Assembly: GCF_009914755.1 (NCBI RefSeq)
Contig: NC_060928.1
Origin: the human T2T-CHM13v2.0 reference genome, Homo sapiens
Reading direction: 5' to 3' (one strand)
DNA length: 64,000 bases
How positions within the stretch are numbered: the first letter of the stretch is position 1; every line of letters starts with the position of its first letter. The notes below the pieces were generated by a model, which did not search any database, was not told where the DNA came from, and was given only the letters and a program-made list of their open reading frames with translations. Position numbers and translations under genes: made by a program. This document shows, one piece after another, positions 1 through 18,837 of the stretch.

Positions 1-143
1 TATCTGGTTCAGAAAAGACAGGTTAAGTAAAAATTAAAGTCTATAATATATATTTGATTAATAAAATAATAATATTCTCACTAGTAAACATCTGATAACA
101 TATTAAGGAAGTACTCAATTTATATGTCAATTTTAAAAATTCT

Positions 144-449
144 GGCCAGGTGCGGTGGCTCACGCCTGTAATGCCAGCACTTTGGGAGGCCGAGGTAGGT
201 GGATCACGATGTCAGGAGATCGAAACCATCCTGGCTAACACAGTGAAACCCCGTCCCTACTACAAATACAAAAAAAAATTAGCTGGGCGCGGTGGCAGGT
301 GCCTGTAGTCCCAGGTAATTGGGAGGCTGAGGCAGGAGAATGGGGTGAACCCGGGAGGCGGAGCTTGCTGTGAGCCGAGATGGCGCCACTGCACTCCAGC
401 CTGGGCAACAGAGTGAGACTCCGTCTCAAAAAAAAAAAAAAAAAAAAAA
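144..449 (+). mobile_element. AluY, full length
   Basis: GGCCAGGTGCGGTGGCTCACGCC start; AluY-type GGAGATCGA.ACCATCCTGGCTAACAC and GGAGCTTGC; A22 tail; TSD AAAAATTCT on both sides. Confidence 0.93.
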
Positions 450-517
450 TTCTTCATTAGTTTCTCTCAAGTTCTCAGCCATGGACAGGTATTCAAAATA
501 TATAGGAAACAAGGCTA

Positions 518-1087
<570 letters not shown>

Positions 1088-1791
1088 TAGAATTTGAGCA
1101 TGTTGCTCAAGGTCGTATACTTAACAAGTGACGGTCAGTATTTAAAATCAGTTTGCTCTTAGAATCAATGTGTTTACCAAATATTCCATTACCAATCAAA
1201 TAGTCAATAAAAGTTAGCACAGTGTTTATCATCATCATATTTACACATGGATAAAAAATGCTATAATTATCCATTAGGACTTACATTAGTTCCTTGAGAA
1301 ATATTTATCCATTCCCTCTGCACAGAGATTTGAATGTCTTTACATTTTCTATAAATATTATTGACTTTACTATTATAAAAGATAATGAAACCCGTGTTCA
1401 AAAAAATGGGGGGAGTAAGAAAGGAAGGAAATGAAAAATAAATTAAGATCGCAAGAAAGGTTTGATTCCTATATATTCTATGAATGGACCTCAAGAAGTT
1501 TTCTGAGGTTATTTCCTTTTATTCAGAAAAGAAATCTTCCAGCTATGAATTCCTTAAAAATTTCATGATATAAGATATCCAATGTATTGGATACTTTGTC
1601 ATGTAGAAGCTTTTTATACCTATTATGTTTTCTTCCCCATGACCTCCCCGCAATAACACTTTGAGGTACTATTTATCATTCCATTTGGAAGAAGTAACTA
1701 TATTCCTTCTCAGCTATTACACTGCTTCCAGTACAATGTGTTTCATTAATAAATAAAGTGCATGCTCTAAGTGAAAGTATATGTTTTTTAA

Positions 1792-2082
<291 letters not shown>

Positions 2083-2780
2083 TGAAATTATCTTTGATGA
2101 AACTTATTAAACATGGACATCATTTTTGTATCTTGTTGATAATAGGGCATTATTTTCCTTGGAGATCACTGTTTTGTAGATGTTAATCTTGTATTCCAGT
2201 TTTGAAAGGGCAGAATGTGGAAAGTTATTATATTAATTGAAATATAATATGAAAATGAACAAATATTTACATGTAAAACTTTGCAACATTTTTATGACTT
2301 CAGTGTAAATGAAACATCTTTTTAAAATAGTATTTTCTAACAGAAAGTTTACTTTGGACTTCTCTGAGATAACTGCCACCTTGGGTATTGTTACAACTTG
2401 GGATGACATATCAGATGAACTCATGACAAATGTACTGCTGAAAGAAAAACCCTTGGACACTACATACAAATCAAAGATTTTGTATTAGGACTCTAACATA
2501 CTGACCTACGCTATAAATTTTACTCTCTACGAGGCACCAAATATTAAAGCACTTTCCTCCTTTTCCTCTGTAAACCTGAGTAAATTAAATTTTTTCATTG
2601 GTGCAAAGTAATGCAAATACCAATTATTTTTAATATATTGGAATCATCATTCCTATTATGAAGGTTTTGATTGAAAGATCCTAGAAAAATGGAATTTTCT
2701 GTTTGCTTCTATTAGTCTAATTAAACATTTAGCCTTGATCCAGAAAGCACTCACTTTAAATGAAACTATTGGTTGATAAT

Positions 2781-3146
2781 TGGGAAGGTCTGAATGTTTG
2801 TGTCCCCTCCTACCCCGCTGCATAGGTTGAAACTGAATTCCCATTCTGGTGGTATTAAGAGGTGGGGCTTTCAGGAGATGATTAGGTCATGAGGGCTCTG
2901 TCCTCATGGATAGGATTAGTGCCCTTATAAAACAGGCCCAAGGGAACTTGCCTGCCCCTTCTGCCATTCGAGGACTCAGCAAGAAGGCACCGTCTGTGAA
3001 GCAGAAGAAGATCTCTCACAAGACACCTAATCTGCTGGGCCCTTGATCTTGGATTTGCTGGTCTCCAGAACTGTAAGCAATAAATTTATGTTACTTATAA
3101 ATTACTTAGCCTGAGGTATTTTGATGTAGCAGCCTAAACTAAGAAA
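2781..3146 (+). mobile_element. MLT1A-type MaLR solo LTR
   Basis: GGTCTGAATGTTTGTGTCCCC...GGATTAGTGCCCTTATAAAA...CTCCAGAACTGTAAGCAATAAATTT...GTAGCAGCC motifs. Confidence 0.85.
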
Positions 3147-5744
3147 CTAGTCTACCTTATTTTTTATTGTGATGATGTATTTAAACTGAAGATAATGAAT
3201 GCAAAATTAATTTAGTCAAATAAAACATTTGCCTCATTAAAAATTTAAATAGAATTTGGCAGAAGAAAAGGCAGATACCATATTAACTGTAACAAAGTTG
3301 GGCAGGATTTTTTTTGTAATGCAAACATTGAAAGAGTAAGGAAAATAAAAGTGTCTGAAAATGTGTACTTTTCATTTACTGTTTTATCTGCTTGATGCGC
3401 AGGTAACATTTATTGAAATATATTTTCAATCAATAGCACTGGCTACTGTTGAAACTTATTTATGTTAGTTAGAAAATAGATATGTGATTGGTGGTCTAAA
3501 AGTTTTTTCCTTGTTAATGGAATGGAGTAAAAAATCATTATTTTTTGAAATGAATAGAACTGTTTTAAGTAAAAACTGGCTTTACAAAGAATAGGATAAT
3601 AATGTTTATAATAATACAATGAGATTTTAATTTTTAATAAGTAAACATTAATGCAAAAAGTCAGATTGAAATAACCATTCAGTTATTTACATTTTAAAAT
3701 CAGAATCATCCCGACAATATAAGGATTTCAATACTGGAAATGTTAATAAATATTAATAAATTTTCTATGGAAATATTTAAAAGCAGTATAAATTAATATT
3801 AGAAATAATAGAAGGATCTGGAAAATCATAACATAGAATTTGAAGATACCAAATCATTTTAAAGATATATTCAATAGGAAATATATGTCATTCATTTTTA
3901 AGAAATCTGTATTATTTTTCTTTCTTAACTCTTATTTGTAAGGACCAGAATGTGAGCAGGAAAAACGTGAGGACTGATTTCTTTCTTTATCTTCTTAGTA
4001 ACTACATATTAATAATTGTGAATTAACTTCAAAGACAGGCTAAACTACCTATGCTTTTTAAAAATTAACCTTGAGTAAAAAAGTAGTAAGAAAAAAAATG
4101 AAATGAAGACAACACAGTGGTGAGAAACCGGAATTATAAATTAAGAAGAAAAAGTCCCTCACCCCTTTATTAAAGACTATAATTTGAAAAGTAATGACAG
4201 TTTTTTAAATACTACACCTTTTTTTTTGTTTCAACATTGCTCTCTTTAATTATTCTGCTGCCAGCTAAATTCTGAAAACAAAAATATCTTGCAATAGTGA
4301 CGTGACGGCACTGAAAGCAAATTGAGAGAGGCAATAAGGTTCCCAGATAGAGACCACTAGGTATTTGTCAAGAAAAATGAAAGAGCTGGACAGTTTGCCT
4401 GATGGTTTCTGATACTAACAGGATGTTCTCCACCAGTTATTGTGATGGTCAGCTTTGGGTAATAAACCTGAAATGAGTTCCAGGAAGCTTTAAAGACAAT
4501 TTGTTTCCCTATTCAATATCAAGAAGGGTTTCAGTTAATGTTAGAAGTAAAAATACTTATTTATAGAATTTTTTTTTGTAAAACGGTGGCTTGAAAAAAA
4601 TAAGAGAAAATATTCTATTGAAAGATAACAAACAACCCATTCAGAAGCACTATTTTCTTCAATGTTTTGAGGAAGTAATTTAGGAGAAAACCTCAACTGT
4701 GCCATTGAAGATAGTCAACTTTCTCTCACGTGTTTACTGCAATACTATGCAAACTTGTATTGAGAGGGACTAACATCACCTTGTCTGTTTTCATTTTTTT
4801 ACAGTCTAAAGAAGGAAAAAAGATTCAATGATACAATTATCAGTGATTGCTTATATATTAGCACTCCTAATGAATTTATAGAAAAACTCATGGTTTTGAT
4901 CCCTCTGCCTGTTTATTCAAATTTGAAAGTCTCATCCTTGAACAAATAGCATCATCAAACATATAGATAGTAATAATGACAAATGATAATAGGGATCACT
5001 CAGAGGTTAGATAAGTAAAATCTAATAGCTTGAAATCCTCAATTTATTTTATTGTTAGAATTTCCTCTAATCAGCCACATTTAAGAGCTGGTTTTTTATT
5101 TTAAAAATCAAAATTTCTGTTCACTGTATCTTTCTACTGTTATCACTTAATAAGAGAGAGGAATTCAGTGACAGCCTATATAACCCATAAACAGTAATAA
5201 AGAGTATTGGTGTTTTGGAAATCTTCCTTTGTAGCTTTGGCTACAGTACATTTTTGGATAGCAATTAATCCTTTAGAAAATGAGTTTCTAGACAGATACC
5301 TCAGTTATAACATGGGGTACACATTCCATTCTCTGGAGATCAATGACTGTATCTGTTAATTTTGTCAGTATTTGGTAACATTGATTTCAGATCTTTGAAA
5401 TACATGAATAATAGAAAAAAAATTCTGTTTTCACAAAAGTTATCTGGAAATAAATTACCTATTTTGAGATTATTCTTTTTTCCTTTCTTATGAATGTATT
5501 TGTTGATAAGCCATTTTTCATCTTTTGTGTACTGAGCTGCAGGATATTAACTAAGGGCAAATACATTTTCAAACCTTAACTCACGAGGTTTTCTTGACAA
5601 TTTTTTTTTTCATTTGGATAGGCTATTTTGGTATCTAGGATGTAGTGTTCTCCGTAAAAAGATAAATACAAAAAGAAAAAAAAAACGTATATGGGTTATT
5701 TTTAAAAACCTTGAGAATTATAGGGGTGGAAAATTATATAAATC

Positions 5745-5890
5745 TGGTTGAATATTTTCACAATTTAGATGAAATAATTGAGACCCAGAGAGGTTAAATA
5801 ATTTTCCCTAGTTCTTCTAGGGTTACCATGCTTGTGTGTAGCAGAAAAAGAACTAAACCAAGACCTCCTTTACATCACTAGTCCAGTATT
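5745..5890 (-). mobile_element. MIR fragment
   Basis: AGATGAAATAATTGAGACCCAGAGAGGTTAAATAATTT resembles the MIR core in reverse orientation. Confidence 0.6.
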
Positions 5891-7967
5891 TTTCTTGCTA
5901 TATACCCACCCATGCATATATATAGACACACATGAGATAGCACAATGTATTATAGGACATCAGTAAGTAATGTAAGGACTCAAAAAAGTAGCAGATTTAT
6001 GTTTTGATATTTATTTGCTATTTATTATTTATGTTCAACCATGGAATAGTAGGAAAATTTCAATCTAGGTGATAAAGACCAGTTACATTATATAAATCAA
6101 TCTTGTTCTTTTGGCCTTGGTTTTCCTCATTTGTAAAAAATGAAGGAATCTGAATATAATGTATTTTTAAGGTAACTTTCATCTCTATGCTTCTATGACC
6201 CTTAAGAACACAGTTCTAGAATTAGAACCTTATAGAAACGATCATTATTTAGTGTCCCTTTAGAGAAAGTTTCACGTTGCTGAAATTGCCTCCTAGTTTT
6301 TCTGTGTCTGACTTTAAAATAGATTAAACAGATATAGGGTATCCATTGTTTGTTCTGCCACCTCATTCAACTATTCACCACAACCCACAGTACTCATTAC
6401 CACCAATAGAATTCAAAGGATCTTGTGCTGATTCCCTTAACCTGAACCAAAGTAGCTGTTCATAGGTTACTCTTTTTATTCATAAGTTACTCTTTTTATT
6501 TTCTCTTATAAATTTTTTCTTCTGTGGCATCTATGTACAACATTTAGCATAAATGTACAAATGTTTTTGTGAAAAACACTGCTGTCGTTTCTGAAAGCAG
6601 TACTTATTGTTTATATTGTTAGCTCTTAGCTGAGATGAACATAAAATGGGCCATGAAAGGTGGAAATTTATAAGAAAACAAAGTCAGGAAATGTAAGGAT
6701 GGTATATTTGTAGAAATCCTCAAGTCAAAAGGTGAATGAAGTATGAATCCATATATAATTCTTACATGTATTTGATGTATTAAGAAGGAAGTGAAGCATC
6801 ATTCTTTGATATTTAATGACAAGATTCAGCTAAACAATTTTGAAATAATTGCTCTTATTAGAAAAATACCTAAAAATAAGCTGCATCGTGAATATAAGGG
6901 CAACATTATACTATAAAGTCACAAATGATTCTGTTTGAAAGAAAATGTATTAAACTATAATACTTTTTTATGTATTGCAAAACATTATAAACAATATCAT
7001 TATAATTTAAAAACACAAGGTTTTTGAAAAAATGTCCAGTGCTTTTTGAAATATAAAAATTTGAATCAATATCTCAAAGTACAATTCAAAGAAGCAAACT
7101 CTTATTGTAATATGCAGTAATGGGATTCATTAAAGTTAAACTGTTGTGATGCTGGAAATATGAACACAAAATAAATGATATTTTTAATATATATAAAAAA
7201 GTTGTAGTTAATAGAGATCATCTTGCAAGTTTCAGTCTGGTAGACCTTACGACTACTTCTTTGCATATCTTAACACCAGTGTTGATTACCCATTGCTCTT
7301 GTAAAAGGTAAACATTTCACTAATAAAATGATGATTTCAATTAGATCTGCCTCATATATCTTCTAAAATAAAATAATTTCCAGTATATGATTATGCTTAT
7401 AAAACAATAAAACTGCATTCATTTTTGGTTTATGTTACCAATCTCATTTCTTTATAGTTATAAAAATACATACATATTTATTTCATGTGTGTAAATGGGA
7501 TGACAGGAAATTAGCACAGTCAGAAAAAGTGCAAGGAAATATAATTAGGAAAAAGCACATCTCCAAAACACATTACCATCCATGGTGAATATTTCTGGTC
7601 ATTGATTAAATCTAAATAGTCTAGTCCAAAGAAGATGTAAATAGAATGATTTGTGTGGCTGCATTATTTGACACTTCTTTCCAGGGATTATTCTCATTTA
7701 TATTTCATTTATTTGCCCACTGCTTTAATATGACATTTTTACTGTGATTAAAAAATCTGCTAATTTCAAACTTCTTACACTGGATTTTGCAACTTTCCTA
7801 GCATAATACTACAGTATGTGTACCCCAACAGCCTGTGTTTCCTGGACCAATTTTGATAACTTCAATTCCAGCTTATTTTCTGAATTGTCTGACAATAAAC
7901 TAAACTTGAGAATTGTTGTCTGTAGGAGCTGAGAAACAAAACTAGGAGATCATGTGGGTATGATTCT

Positions 7968-8020
7968 ATTCATTCATTCATTCATTCATTCATTCATTCA
8001 TCCATTCGTTCATTTATTCA
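7968..8020. repeat. (ATTC)n microsatellite
   Basis: Run of ATTC units read directly. Confidence 0.9.
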
Positions 8021-8867
8021 CTGTTTTCATTCCTACTTTCCTTCCCACATCAAAGTCAAGGTTGTGCCTTGAGTCTCAATGTCTATCCCAGTGCTCTGGT
8101 TAACTCTGGACCATCTACATGTGTGAATTAGTGGAAGGAGCAAATCGTGTTGTTGAACAGCCATCTCCAAACACCTGCACATCAGGAGGGATGCTGGATG
8201 TCTATTCAGTGACTAAACCCCCTGTTTTCCTCTATGAGGGAAGATACTTAGCTTGGTCCTTTCCCCAGCAATCTCCTGCCAAAACCTGTATTACTTTTTC
8301 TCCTTGCCTGTCACATTCTAAAGACTGGGCCACAAGGTCTGGAATTAGAATCTATCTTATGTGTGATCTTTAGTGTCCATCATCAATGTAGTATTAAAGG
8401 ACAAATAATTCTATGCTTGTTAGAGACAACACCAATATGCATTAAGAAAAAAAAAAACAGCTCACACAAACCTTTTCCACTGCAGAATTTCCCATTAAGA
8501 GCAATTAAAAATATATATATTTAGAACCTAATTTTGAGATTACTCAGTCAAATTAATTTATTCAAGTGCTTATTAAATGCCTAGTACTTCCAAGATTGAG
8601 CCAGCTACAATGGGAGATAACCAAAAAACAAAAGAACACAGCATATAACTCCAGGAATAAAAATGTATTTGAGGAAAGCTGTGGATTTTTAACCATGAAA
8701 AAGCATGCCGTTCCCCTCTACCTTTAACTTGAGGTTTAATTGTGTTAATAATAGAAGGAACAAGATGGTCTAGCTTTTTAAGTATACTTTTCAGGAAAGA
8801 CAGGTATTTTCTTTTTTTTACGATCATTATACCAAATTTATTTATTTTTATTTTTATTTTTATTTGT

Positions 8868-8960
8868 TTAATTTATAAAGGAAAGAAGTTTAATTGACTC
8901 ACAGTTCCACATGGCTGAGGAGGCCTTAGAAAACTTACAATCATGGCAGAAGGGGAAGAA
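8868..8960 (-). mobile_element. THE1/MST LTR fragment
   Basis: TTTAATTGACTCACAGTTCCACATGGCTGAGGAGGCC...ACAATCATGGCAGAAGG. Confidence 0.8.
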
Positions 8961-10329
8961 AATATATTCTTTCTTAAAGAAGGTTATTACTTTACCTTTA
9001 AACAAAATATTAATGAAGATACAAATTGCATAGTCTAATCTTTTTTCCTGTTATTTGTTGTTTTACTGCTGTATTTGTATGTCTTTCCCTTACCTCATTT
9101 GATATCATACTCTTGAAGTAACAGGTCTCTACTACAGTGAATGGATTGAAATTCAGATGTTTACAGACCTCTACATCATAATTTTATAGCCTTTGTGCTT
9201 CGAGGACTTTTACCTCACTATCTACAATTGTGATCTGTTGTGTTACCTCATAAAATATATATTTTAGCAATTTGTGCTGCTCTGGATTTTGTTTTATTTG
9301 GAAGAGTCTTTAGCAGCGTTCTGTGAAAGCTGTGTTTAAAGGAAGTAAAGATTTGTTCTTTTGTTGTCTGTGTTCTTTCTTCTACCAATTCTTTTCTCCT
9401 AATAATAGCACATCACTTTCTTGTATTCTTCTATGTCTGTATGTATGGTGCATGGATATGGTAACATAATTCACTTTTAATCAGTCTTTTTTGAAACTGA
9501 CTCATTAGAGGAATCACTACATATCTTAAATTAACTCTGAATATCTGGTTGATTTGATTAAAAACCACATTTACCTACACTCGCAGTTGTAATGAGAGAT
9601 CATTATGTAGTCATAAAATAATTTAAGTTCATGTTGACAAACCAATGATGACTTCAGTATATTTGGAATTTTCAATCTGTTATCACTATTATCAATATCC
9701 AACTTTTATATGATCCAGTTTACCTGGTTAATTTTAGAAGAAATAGCAAGCTGACATTTACTTTCACATTTAACACCTATTTTTTGTTGTCCTTGACAAG
9801 TGTAATGAGGTTTATGGGAATCACACTGAATAGTCTTTTGGGACTCATGCAATAGTTTGTTATCTTGTAATTTTCAAAATAATTATTACAGAAAAGCTCT
9901 CTTTTAAAAGGAACATGCAATAAGCCAGTGTGCAATAGGAAATTGCATATTCTGGGAAAAAAAAGAAAATGAATCCGCCAGTACCTTTTGGGTGCCTGTG
10001 AGCATTCAGTCTTGTGCCAACTACTCTGCACACTGTCATGCTCTCCATTGGCTGCCCTGTCGTCTTACATGGTTAATTTGGCCTTTACTCTGTAACCTAG
10101 TGTTAGGTCCTGACCTATGTGTACCTCTCTTCTTTTTGCCCTCCCATTATAGTACTATTTTTAAACTCTTTATTTAGCCCCCTTTTAATCCTTGACTCTC
10201 CATATTATACTGCAGACACTCAAAATGTCTGCATTTAGTTCGGTATGTAAATCTTAAACTTGGTTTCATTTACCTTGCAGGGAAAAACATATATATTAAG
10301 TTCATAGCCCATGGAATTAGATACCTGCC

Positions 10330-10500
10330 TTTATTTTATGTATGAATTCTGCTCTATGTCTTATTATCTGTGGGCCCTTGAACACACCTACTATTTCTGA
10401 GTCTCAGTTTCTTCACATGTAAAATGAGGATAAATACATACTCCATAGCATTAATATGATTATGTGATTATTGTGTAATGATTATATGGGATTGTAAATA
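10330..10500 (+). mobile_element. MIR fragment
   Basis: TCTGAGTCTCAGTTTCTTCACATGTAAAATGAGGATAA matches the MIR core. Confidence 0.65.
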
Positions 10501-11494
10501 TGGTAGATGGGTTCCTCCACTAATCTAATTACATTTTAATGATAGTGCTGTATGTGATGATTTAGTACCATTGCATGTGTCCCTCAGTAAGTTTTCACCC
10601 GTTTCCAATATTTCCTTCCCAAACATATTCTAGTACTTTTATTAGTGGTTCCCATGGATACCTCTGAGCCTAACCTTATTACCTGCGTAGTCAGCGACAT
10701 ATTTTTGCCCAAATGGGACTTTCCTTACCAAGATTTTGAGTGCTGTGGTTTTAAATATATATAATGAAATGCTTTTCCTTTTTTTTTTTTTTTTTTTTTC
10801 CTGTCTCTCTCTCTCTCTCTTTCCTTGGGCTGGTTCTGCTAGTCAGCACAGGAAGATGAGAATTATACATGTAGTGTAATTTATTTGGCAAATAGTAGTG
10901 ATGTTGCAACATGTGTACTTAGGGTTGGGAGGATTTAAAATACCTTGTTACCATTTCTGGGAAGTAGAGAAAGGCCATGGAGGCCAAATTAAAGCTTTCT
11001 GATGATTTGTGTAGGCTTAATACAATCGGTGAAGTAAATAAGGCGCTGAGTCATAGCTAAATGGAATTTGGCTGTAGAGCAACATAGTGTTGTAGGAGAG
11101 TGATATATATGAAGGTTGAATATAGAAATTAATTCAAGGAAAGCTTTATGCTTTGAAAGATGGATCATCTCTGGCAAATTTATATCTGACATGATTGTTT
11201 AAAAGGTTATCTTTCCATGCTTTGCACATTTCATTGCAATTATACATAGGGAAATATTAACTTTAAAAACTCAGTCATTTGCTTATTTGAATTTCTTGTA
11301 CTGTACTTCAAAAACACATGATATCATGTTATTTTCTTAAGAATTTATGCCTCACTTCAAAACAGATTTACTTTTTGGTCTTTGATAGACTAACGTGATA
11401 TGATGGTTAGATGGGTTAAGTCCATTTCTTAAGCTATATTTCAAACATAAATATACATTAAAATGTCTACTATATATAAAAAATATATATTCCA

Positions 11495-11770
11495 GGCCAT
11501 GCACCGTGGCTCACGCCTGTAATCCCAGCACTTTGGGAGGCCAAGGCAGATGGATCACGAGGTCAAGATATCGAGACCATTCTAGCCAACACGGTGAAAC
11601 CCCGTCTCTACCTAAAATACAAAAATTAGCTGGGCCTGGTGCCATACACCTGTAGTTTCAGCTACTCGGGAGGCTCAGGCAGTAGAATCGCTTGAACCTG
11701 GGAGGTGGACATTGCAACGAGGCGAGATTGCGCCACTGCACTCCAGCCTGGGCGACAGGGCAATACTTCA
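11495..11770 (+). mobile_element. AluS (AluSc-like)
   Basis: GATCACGAGGTCAAGATATCGAGACC; dimeric structure; the A-tail is replaced by a microsatellite. Confidence 0.9.
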
Positions 11771-11774
11771 TGTA

Positions 11775-11837
<63 letters not shown>
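11771..11837. repeat. Compound (TG)n(TA)n microsatellite in the Alu tail
   Basis: Read directly. Confidence 0.95.
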
Positions 11838-11839
<2 letters not shown>

Positions 11840-12312
11840 CTCAGAATGTATTTTAGGGGAGGGTGTAGGTGGGGAAGCAGTTGACAAATCAAAGTCAGAA
11901 ACAATCTTAGTATAGAGAATATTCTTGAATAGTATTACCTTGAATGCTAAGAAATATTTTTGTATTTTTGAATGTATACTTATACAAACAGAAAGTTCTG
12001 AAGTGGTCTCATGTACTCATTCATGTTATTAAACCTGAGCAAGGTATAGAGGGCTCAGGTGAGAGAGGGTAACTAGAGGATTAAAAATTAATACACAAAA
12101 CAGAAAAGGTCACATTCTTACAGGTCAAGGGATGAGAAGTTGTCATATTAGCCTCATTCTACCTGCTCAGAAATCCTGCTTTTATTATGTTATATTTATT
12201 TGTTCAGTAAGCTTTAGTGTTTAGAATTGTGTTGCACAGTTCAAAGTTTTATCTCTATATTAACTCCAAGAACTACGGGATTGTGTAAAAAGACTGAAAT
12301 GATGACTGACTA

Positions 12313-12920
12313 TGGGGACTTTTTCGTTGATGCTGTTGTTGCTGCCTTCTGTTGTTTGTTTTTCTTTTAAAGTCAGGCCCCTCTTCTGTAGGGCTGCTGT
12401 GGTTTGCTCGGGGTCCACTTCAGACCCTATTCACTTGGGCCCCTCCCATACCTGGAGGTGTCATCAGTGGAGGCTGCAGAACAGCAAAGATGGCTGCCTG
12501 CTCCTTCCTCCGGGATCTCCGTCGCAGAGGGAAACCGACCTGATGCTAGCAGGAATGCTCCTGTAAAAGGTATCTGGTGACCCCTGTTGGAGAGTCTCAC
12601 CCAGTCAGGAGGCATAAGATGCAGGACCTCTTAACAAAGCACTCTGGCTGCCCCTTGGTAGAGGAAGTGCACTGTGCTGGGGGCACTCCCATACATCTGG
12701 ACTGCCTAGATTCCTCAGAGCCACCAGGAAGGACTAAGTCTGTTGATCCATGGAGACCACAGCCGTCCCTCCCCCAAAGGGCTTAACCCCAGAGAGACCA
12801 GAGCTCTGTCCCTACACTCCTGCCTGAAGTTGCTGAAATTCCTGCAGGGAGGCCCCATCCAGTGAGGAAGGATCAGTCAGGGTCCAGCCTAAAGAGGCAG
12901 TCTAGACAGGATCTGCCACA
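12313..12920 (-). mobile_element. L1PA 5'UTR fragment, antisense to the adjacent L1 body
   Basis: GTCAGGCCCCTCTTCTGTAGGGCTGCTG and GGAGGCTGCAGAACAGCAAAGATGGCTGCCTGCTCCTTCCTC match the antisense of an older L1PA 5'UTR. Confidence 0.8.
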
Positions 12921-16440
<3,520 letters not shown>

Positions 16441-16567
16441 TATTTTTTAATCCTATTTATTATGTCTGACAAAATGGAAACAGGCAGGCTTTATGTCAAA
16501 CCACTGTCCTTCAGCTTACCCACAATTTATGCCAGGGATCCATGTGAGCACAGAATAAATCACCAGT

Positions 16568-16951
16568 TGATATAGTTAGGCTTCCTTTTTCCACCCAAAT
16601 CTCATTTTGAATTTTAATCTTCATAAGCTCCATATTCCCCACCTGTGAAGGAAAAGACCAAGTGGAGGTAATTGAATCATGCAGGCAGTTTCCCCCACGC
16701 TGTTCTCCTGATAGTGAGTTCTCGCAAGATCTGATGGTTTTATAAGGGGGTCTTTCCCCTTGCTTAGTATTTCTCCTTCCTGATACCTTGTGAAGAAGAT
16801 GCCTTGCTTCCCCTCCACCTTCTGCTATGATTGTAAGTTTCCTGAAGCCTTTCCCAGCCATGCTGAACTGTGAGTCTATTAAATCTCTTTCCTTTATAAA
16901 TTACCTGGTCTCAGGCAGTTCTTTATAGCAGTATGAAAATGGACTAATACA
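16568..16951 (+). mobile_element. THE1 (THE1D-like) solo LTR
   Basis: Termini TGATATAG...GGACTAATACA; perfect 5-bp TSD CCAGT at 16563-16567 and 16952-16956. Confidence 0.92.
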
Positions 16952-18039
16952 CCAGTGTACATTTTCTTTCTTTGGAAACTGCTTAATGCTTAAATAAGAG
17001 AAGGGGAGGCCAAATGACGGAAACTAGGAATTTCCAAGGTCAATTTATTCTTTCAAAAATAAGAATCATAATTGTTCACTTATTTGTAGGATACTTCTTA
17101 TTCACGGTACACTAGATTGGGATTTATACAGATGAGTTAGACTAATTTAATTCAAGTACTCAAGGAATGTATAGTCTACTAGGGGCAATATACAAAGAGA
17201 TCTAGAAAAGTTGATAATTTTATTTATAGTGGAAACAAGTGACATAAAATAATGATACTAAAATAACAGGTAGAATGTGTATGATTTAAAATCAAGGGCT
17301 CATTTTTTATAAGATGATGATGATGGATGCCAAAAACAAACAAAAAACCTTTAAGATTTCAGGTTGAGTAGTAGACAGACATGAAAATATGAAGGGAATA
17401 GCATTCCAAGCTATTTCATATGGGAAAGTAATTTGGAGGTAGGAGCTTGCTGTGTTGAGGAACTATATGTTCTTGTGGACACTCAAATTTTTATTCTGTT
17501 GCCTTACAAATATTTATTTCCATCATCAATGTCATTCCTTGCTTGTCAACCATATTACTTGTGAGTTTTTTACCTAAATCAGCTTTGGTTCCTTATACTC
17601 TCCTTGGACATGGTGTGTATTCCGAAGGAAAACCTGGTATTCCTGCAGATCTCACTGACATTTTGGCATGGAGACTTTTTTACTGGACCCTTTTTAGATT
17701 TTAAATTCACCTGCTATAATTCTGATTTTGAATTTAATTATGGAAACATAAGAGCTTTTCCTGTAAGTGTTCTTCTTTCCAGGAAAACTAAAATAAATAC
17801 CAAAATTTGTTTTTGAAAATAAATTTACTCAATTTTCCTGTTCTTCTAACACAGAGTAATTCACAGAGATATATTATTGAATCCTAAGAAAGAAACCTCA
17901 TTTTGTGGCTTTTATAGTTTTCTGTACACTTGTACAAAAGAGCCTCATTTGATAAAGCCAATAGTAAGAGACATTTATTCATAACTTATCACATCCAATG
18001 AACTGTTGAAAATACTTTGTTTTCTCCTGATCTTTATAC

Positions 18040-18185
18040 TGACTTATGAGGTATAAGGTAGTTACTATTCTTATTAGCGTTTTACAGATGAAGAAAATGA
18101 GCAACAGCTGGGTTAGGTTAACTTATTACACCTGGAACCTTTAGAATAGTGGCTAGAACACTAGTTTCGCTTTAAGTCTGCTGAT
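18040..18185 (-). mobile_element. MIR fragment
   Basis: TTTTACAGATGAAGAAAATGAG...GGTTAACTT. Confidence 0.65.
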
Positions 18186-18289
18186 TGGGAGGTTCAGGCA
18201 TGTTTCAGTGAGAGGAAGAAGAAAGAAGGTAAGGCATTTATTTTCTGTCTTCTGTGTGTGGTTGTCTTAAGCTGACTGTACCTCAAACA

Positions 18290-18537
18290 AAATTGATGTA
18301 TCTCTTGATGCATCCTGCTCTGTATCACTCTCTTGAAATTCACTGTCTTGTCCTTTATCCTTTGGGCCTGGAACTGGTACCACCTCACTGCTACTAGCTC
18401 TGGGTTTTTGCACTATTCCCCTTTCGTTGGCTGCACTCCACCCAGACCTGCGTAATTTAACCCATTGAAAAAGAAGCCCTACCTAAATTATCCTATTTTG
18501 AGTTGCCATTGTTTTCTATTGGAATTTTAACCAACAT
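18290..18537 (+). mobile_element. Old ERVL LTR fragment (LTR33/LTR16-like)
   Basis: 3' end AAATTATCCTATTTTGAGTTGCCATTGTTTTCT resembles this LTR class. Confidence 0.5.
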
Positions 18538-18837
18538 CATTATTTAACTCATATTTGTCTAATCTAATCAGAAAGTGTTACATCTTTGATTGTATTATAA
18601 AGTCAATCTATGTATCACATTACAAAACACAGTAAGAGTGCCTCACAAAGATTTCTAGCTTCTGTGCATTGCAAGATAAAATCTGTATGTTCATGGACAC
18701 TTTAATGTTGCAGCAAAGGTCGACATGATGTTGGAGATACTGAGTGGCAGCACCCCTTCCAAAAGGCAGTAAGTCTGAGCAGAAACACAGCTATCTCCAA
18801 ATTGCCAATACACAGCATAGTTGAGTGTCTGAACTTA

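Noticed and set aside
6461-6500. 20-bp tandem duplication (a similar one lies at ~50541-50585)
   Set aside because: Common slippage events with no sign of function.
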